A stretch of DNA of 64,000 nucleotides, from the NCBI GenBank assembly GCA_051362555.1, contig CM120646.1, positions 13,144,001-13,208,000 on the forward strand, given 5' to 3'. A program made the position numbers and the translations under genes. This document shows positions 61,027 through 64,000 of this stretch, one piece after another. This DNA is from Lingula anatina (taxonomy: Eukaryota; Animalia; Brachiopoda). How positions within the stretch are numbered: position 1 is the first letter of the stretch; the number at the start of each line of letters is the position of its first letter. The notes beneath the pieces are model-generated. The model had not been told where the DNA came from. It saw nothing but the letters and a program-made list of their open reading frames with translations, and did no database searches.

Positions 61027-62084
61027 ATTGTTTACCTGTATAATACGCCGACTTTCGATCGGATCCCTATACTATATTTTAGTGAATTTTGACGCTTGTT
61101 GGTATTCTGCACGGGGAAAACATAGGCCTATGTTTGACTGATAACAAATAGGTCACAAAGATGAAAAGCTAGCGAATAGACCCCACTGTACAAGATAGGG
61201 CCTACGTGTACAACCAGCATATATATCAAATAAAGGACACATAAAGCTTGAAAGTGCTTGAATAGGGCCTACTTGACAAAAATATATTAAATGAAATGAA
61301 ATCAAATTAAATTAACATGATCCACGACTTTTGTCCCAAAAGTGCAGTATACTTGATGACAATACCATATTTGTAGGTTTCCCCACTATTCTATAGGGGC
61401 CTATATTAGGCCCCTATACGCACTAAATATCGCGGCTCTTTCGCTCAACCCCCTAACCTTACCGCGAGTAAGTCAACCCGCTTTAGGCCCTACCCTGACC
61501 CAGGTCACGTAAGGCCCTGGTCACTTAAGATCTTGGAGACTGTACTTTTAAATCCTTCATTAAATATGCGTGGGCTCCTACGTAGGTAGGCCTATGTCAA
61601 CTAAACGCAAGTTGGAGTGAAAAAAAATTAAGATGCACATAAATGTTGAAAATGTTACTTTGCACTCGCTTTGACATTGATCAGTACTTCAACATATGGC
61701 AATGATGCAGTGAGCTGTAGTATAGTACTAGTCTAGTTAGCCGATATACGAGTACAGTTCGTGAATCGTATAATGTAGTAGCCCTACGTGTAACATGTAT
61801 ACATCCATTTAATAGCATATTAGTTAGGATGAAATAAAACTTGTTTGCACATTAGTTATTTTAGCTCATTCACTGCCATCATAGAAGTGGAAATGGGGAA
61901 ATGTCAAAAATATAGTATATGACAAATCATCGTCACTCACAACTAAAGCACGGTACAATTTGCAATGCTAGGTCCAGGACCCTTGTATCAACCGAGAAAA
62001 GCTGGAACACAAATAGCCACCGATGTCAACGGTCTCACCTGTAGCATTTTCGCTCAATCATTTCATTCCTCATTCGGACAATAA

Positions 62085-62924
62085 GGCCACACTTTTTTAT
62101 TTTTATGGATGACATCCTCTGGGTACCCCAAAATCGGTGCGAGAGGGCGAAAAAAAAACAGTCCAAAAAAAAAAAAGTACTGCTTAAGTAAAAGAATGCT
62201 GTCAGTACACAGCTGGAAACACAAATTTTACCACAGAAACACGTATCAAACTAACAATATGTCTTTATCCATGCTCACAAAATATTAAAGCATTGTGAAT
62301 ACTTCGTAGAAATGTTAAAAAAAAGTCATGAATCGATATACTTCATATTACCAAATCTATTTAAGGTTATTTCATGCATTTTGTTGGTATAGCAATCAAT
62401 AAAACAAATATCAAACAAACAGTGTGTCTTTATTTATATTCTGAGAATATTAAAGTATTTTGAACACTTCACAGAAATGTTTAAAAAATGGTGCAAAGAT
62501 ATGCTTAATACTACCAAATCTATTAAAGGTCATTTCGGACGATGCCATTTTGTCTACTTCGACTCACATGAAGCAGCCAAACTGGCCTGTCCGACCTTCA
62601 GCCCACCAAATACCTCGACGCCCTTGTCGACCATTTTTCGCTACAGAAAACCTGGTATGTGCTGCTTTGTACAGAATGTCACAGAACTTTTTCGGGCGAT
62701 AATCGCTGGCTGCCGCCAGCCTTTCGCACAATTGTAAAAAGGTGATATCTCCATGCCCAATATCAATGGCATACCAATCCAAAACGACGGCGCCCGTTCG
62801 ATTTATGACTTTTATTGGCGTGTAATTTGAAAGTAATCCTAGAGATGAATTTGCATGCGCAGAAAGCTCATTTCATGGCATATTCAACAGCGACAACCGA
62901 CTTCGTTGGGGGCTGGGGGGGGGG

Positions 62925-62968
<44 letters not shown>

Positions 62969-63029
62969 AGAACGGGCGAAAATCGGTGCGCGCGCAGGAT
63001 GTCATCCATAAAAATAAAAAAGTGTGGCC
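62085..63029. mobile_element. Second, inverted copy of the 28390-29338 element
   Basis: Same TIRs, TAA TSD, colinear reverse-complement interior. Confidence 0.88.
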
Positions 63030-63227
63030 TAAGTTATTTTTACATTGTCATGTGTACACTTTCTATAACGGCCAGGGTGAACTGCGTTTATCACACGCAT
63101 GTATACAGTGACATCGCAGTGTAAACGATATCTGACGCTTTTGTGAAACGTTTATTTATTTATTTATATTTATATAATTTATTCTAAGGTACTTCTGCGG
63201 ACAACCAAAGCTAAATGTATCCTATTT

Positions 63228-63228
<1 letters not shown>

Positions 63229-63300
<72 letters not shown>
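63229..63300. repeat. Compound (GT)n(GA)n microsatellite
   Basis: Direct inspection. Confidence 0.95.
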
Positions 63301-63303
<3 letters not shown>

Positions 63304-64000
63304 GAAACGGTAAAAAAATTCAAAATGATGCTGCAAGCTGAGAAGTTTACAATAACGCGAGGTCCTTTTGGTCTCAAAGATTTAAAATACTTAACATACT
63401 TGACCCCTTAGATATAGTATAATGTATTCATCACTGATCAATTCGGCACAGGACATACAAAACACTGTGCATAACTAATAAACTCAAACAGGAACGATTT
63501 CCAAAACTTTTTGAAAACTTTGTCAGCATGAAAAAAATAATTTATAATAAATTTGACATAAAAATATTATCCACAGCCATCAGAGCAGCCTCACAAAATT
63601 TATCACATTGGTTGAAATGAAGGTATAATAGCCGAAATATACCGCTCTACATATTTCAAGCCGCCATTTATTTTGATGAACACTTTTGGAAACCAAGTCA
63701 CTTTTAATGATGCTTAGCACTTGTGAACGCAGAGAACGTTGATTTATTGAATAGAATGCCGTGTTTGTCGGATATATTTATTTCGCACACCATTCGAATA
63801 AATAATCTAAAAGATAATTTATGTTACTGAAACAAAATTAATCAAATTAAGCAAGAGATCAACGAATTTGTAAATTTCGAGCATGAAAAATGCACGAAGT
63901 AATATGAGATTTGACATAGACGTGATTAATTTTTTTAGAATTGCCAATGGTTCATATTTTGCAAAATAAACGGTAGTTGTTCCCTAACTGCTTCTGAGCA

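Overview
AT-rich, intron-containing animal DNA, most likely a marine invertebrate (taxon not determinable from sequence alone); no rRNA, tRNA or CRISPR seen. Contents: (i) four intronless GT-A/GT2-like type II membrane glycosyltransferase paralogs (778, 5011, 24917, 31299; all +); (ii) two copies of a spliced single-pass membrane gene with a PSAP plus three PPxY tail, inside a ~30 kb-offset duplication; (iii) an intact DIRS1-type tyrosine-recombinase retrotransposon (18568-23209, -) with perfect ITR/ICR structure, a candidate -1 frameshift signal into pol and a candidate intron that removes pol and joins an ATG right after the gag stop to the YR frame; (iv) a 16-exon membrane-anchored VWA7-like gene (45254-56213, -) followed by an 8-exon paralog (39978-43737, -) that has its own signal-peptide exon and encodes only the part lying downstream of the parent's furin-type site; (v) a carboxylesterase with a C-terminal TSP1 exon (58390-61026, -); (vi) many MITEs, a fold-back Tc1 relic and a LINE fragment. 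All exon models were read by hand from splice signals and phases and need RNA confirmation.
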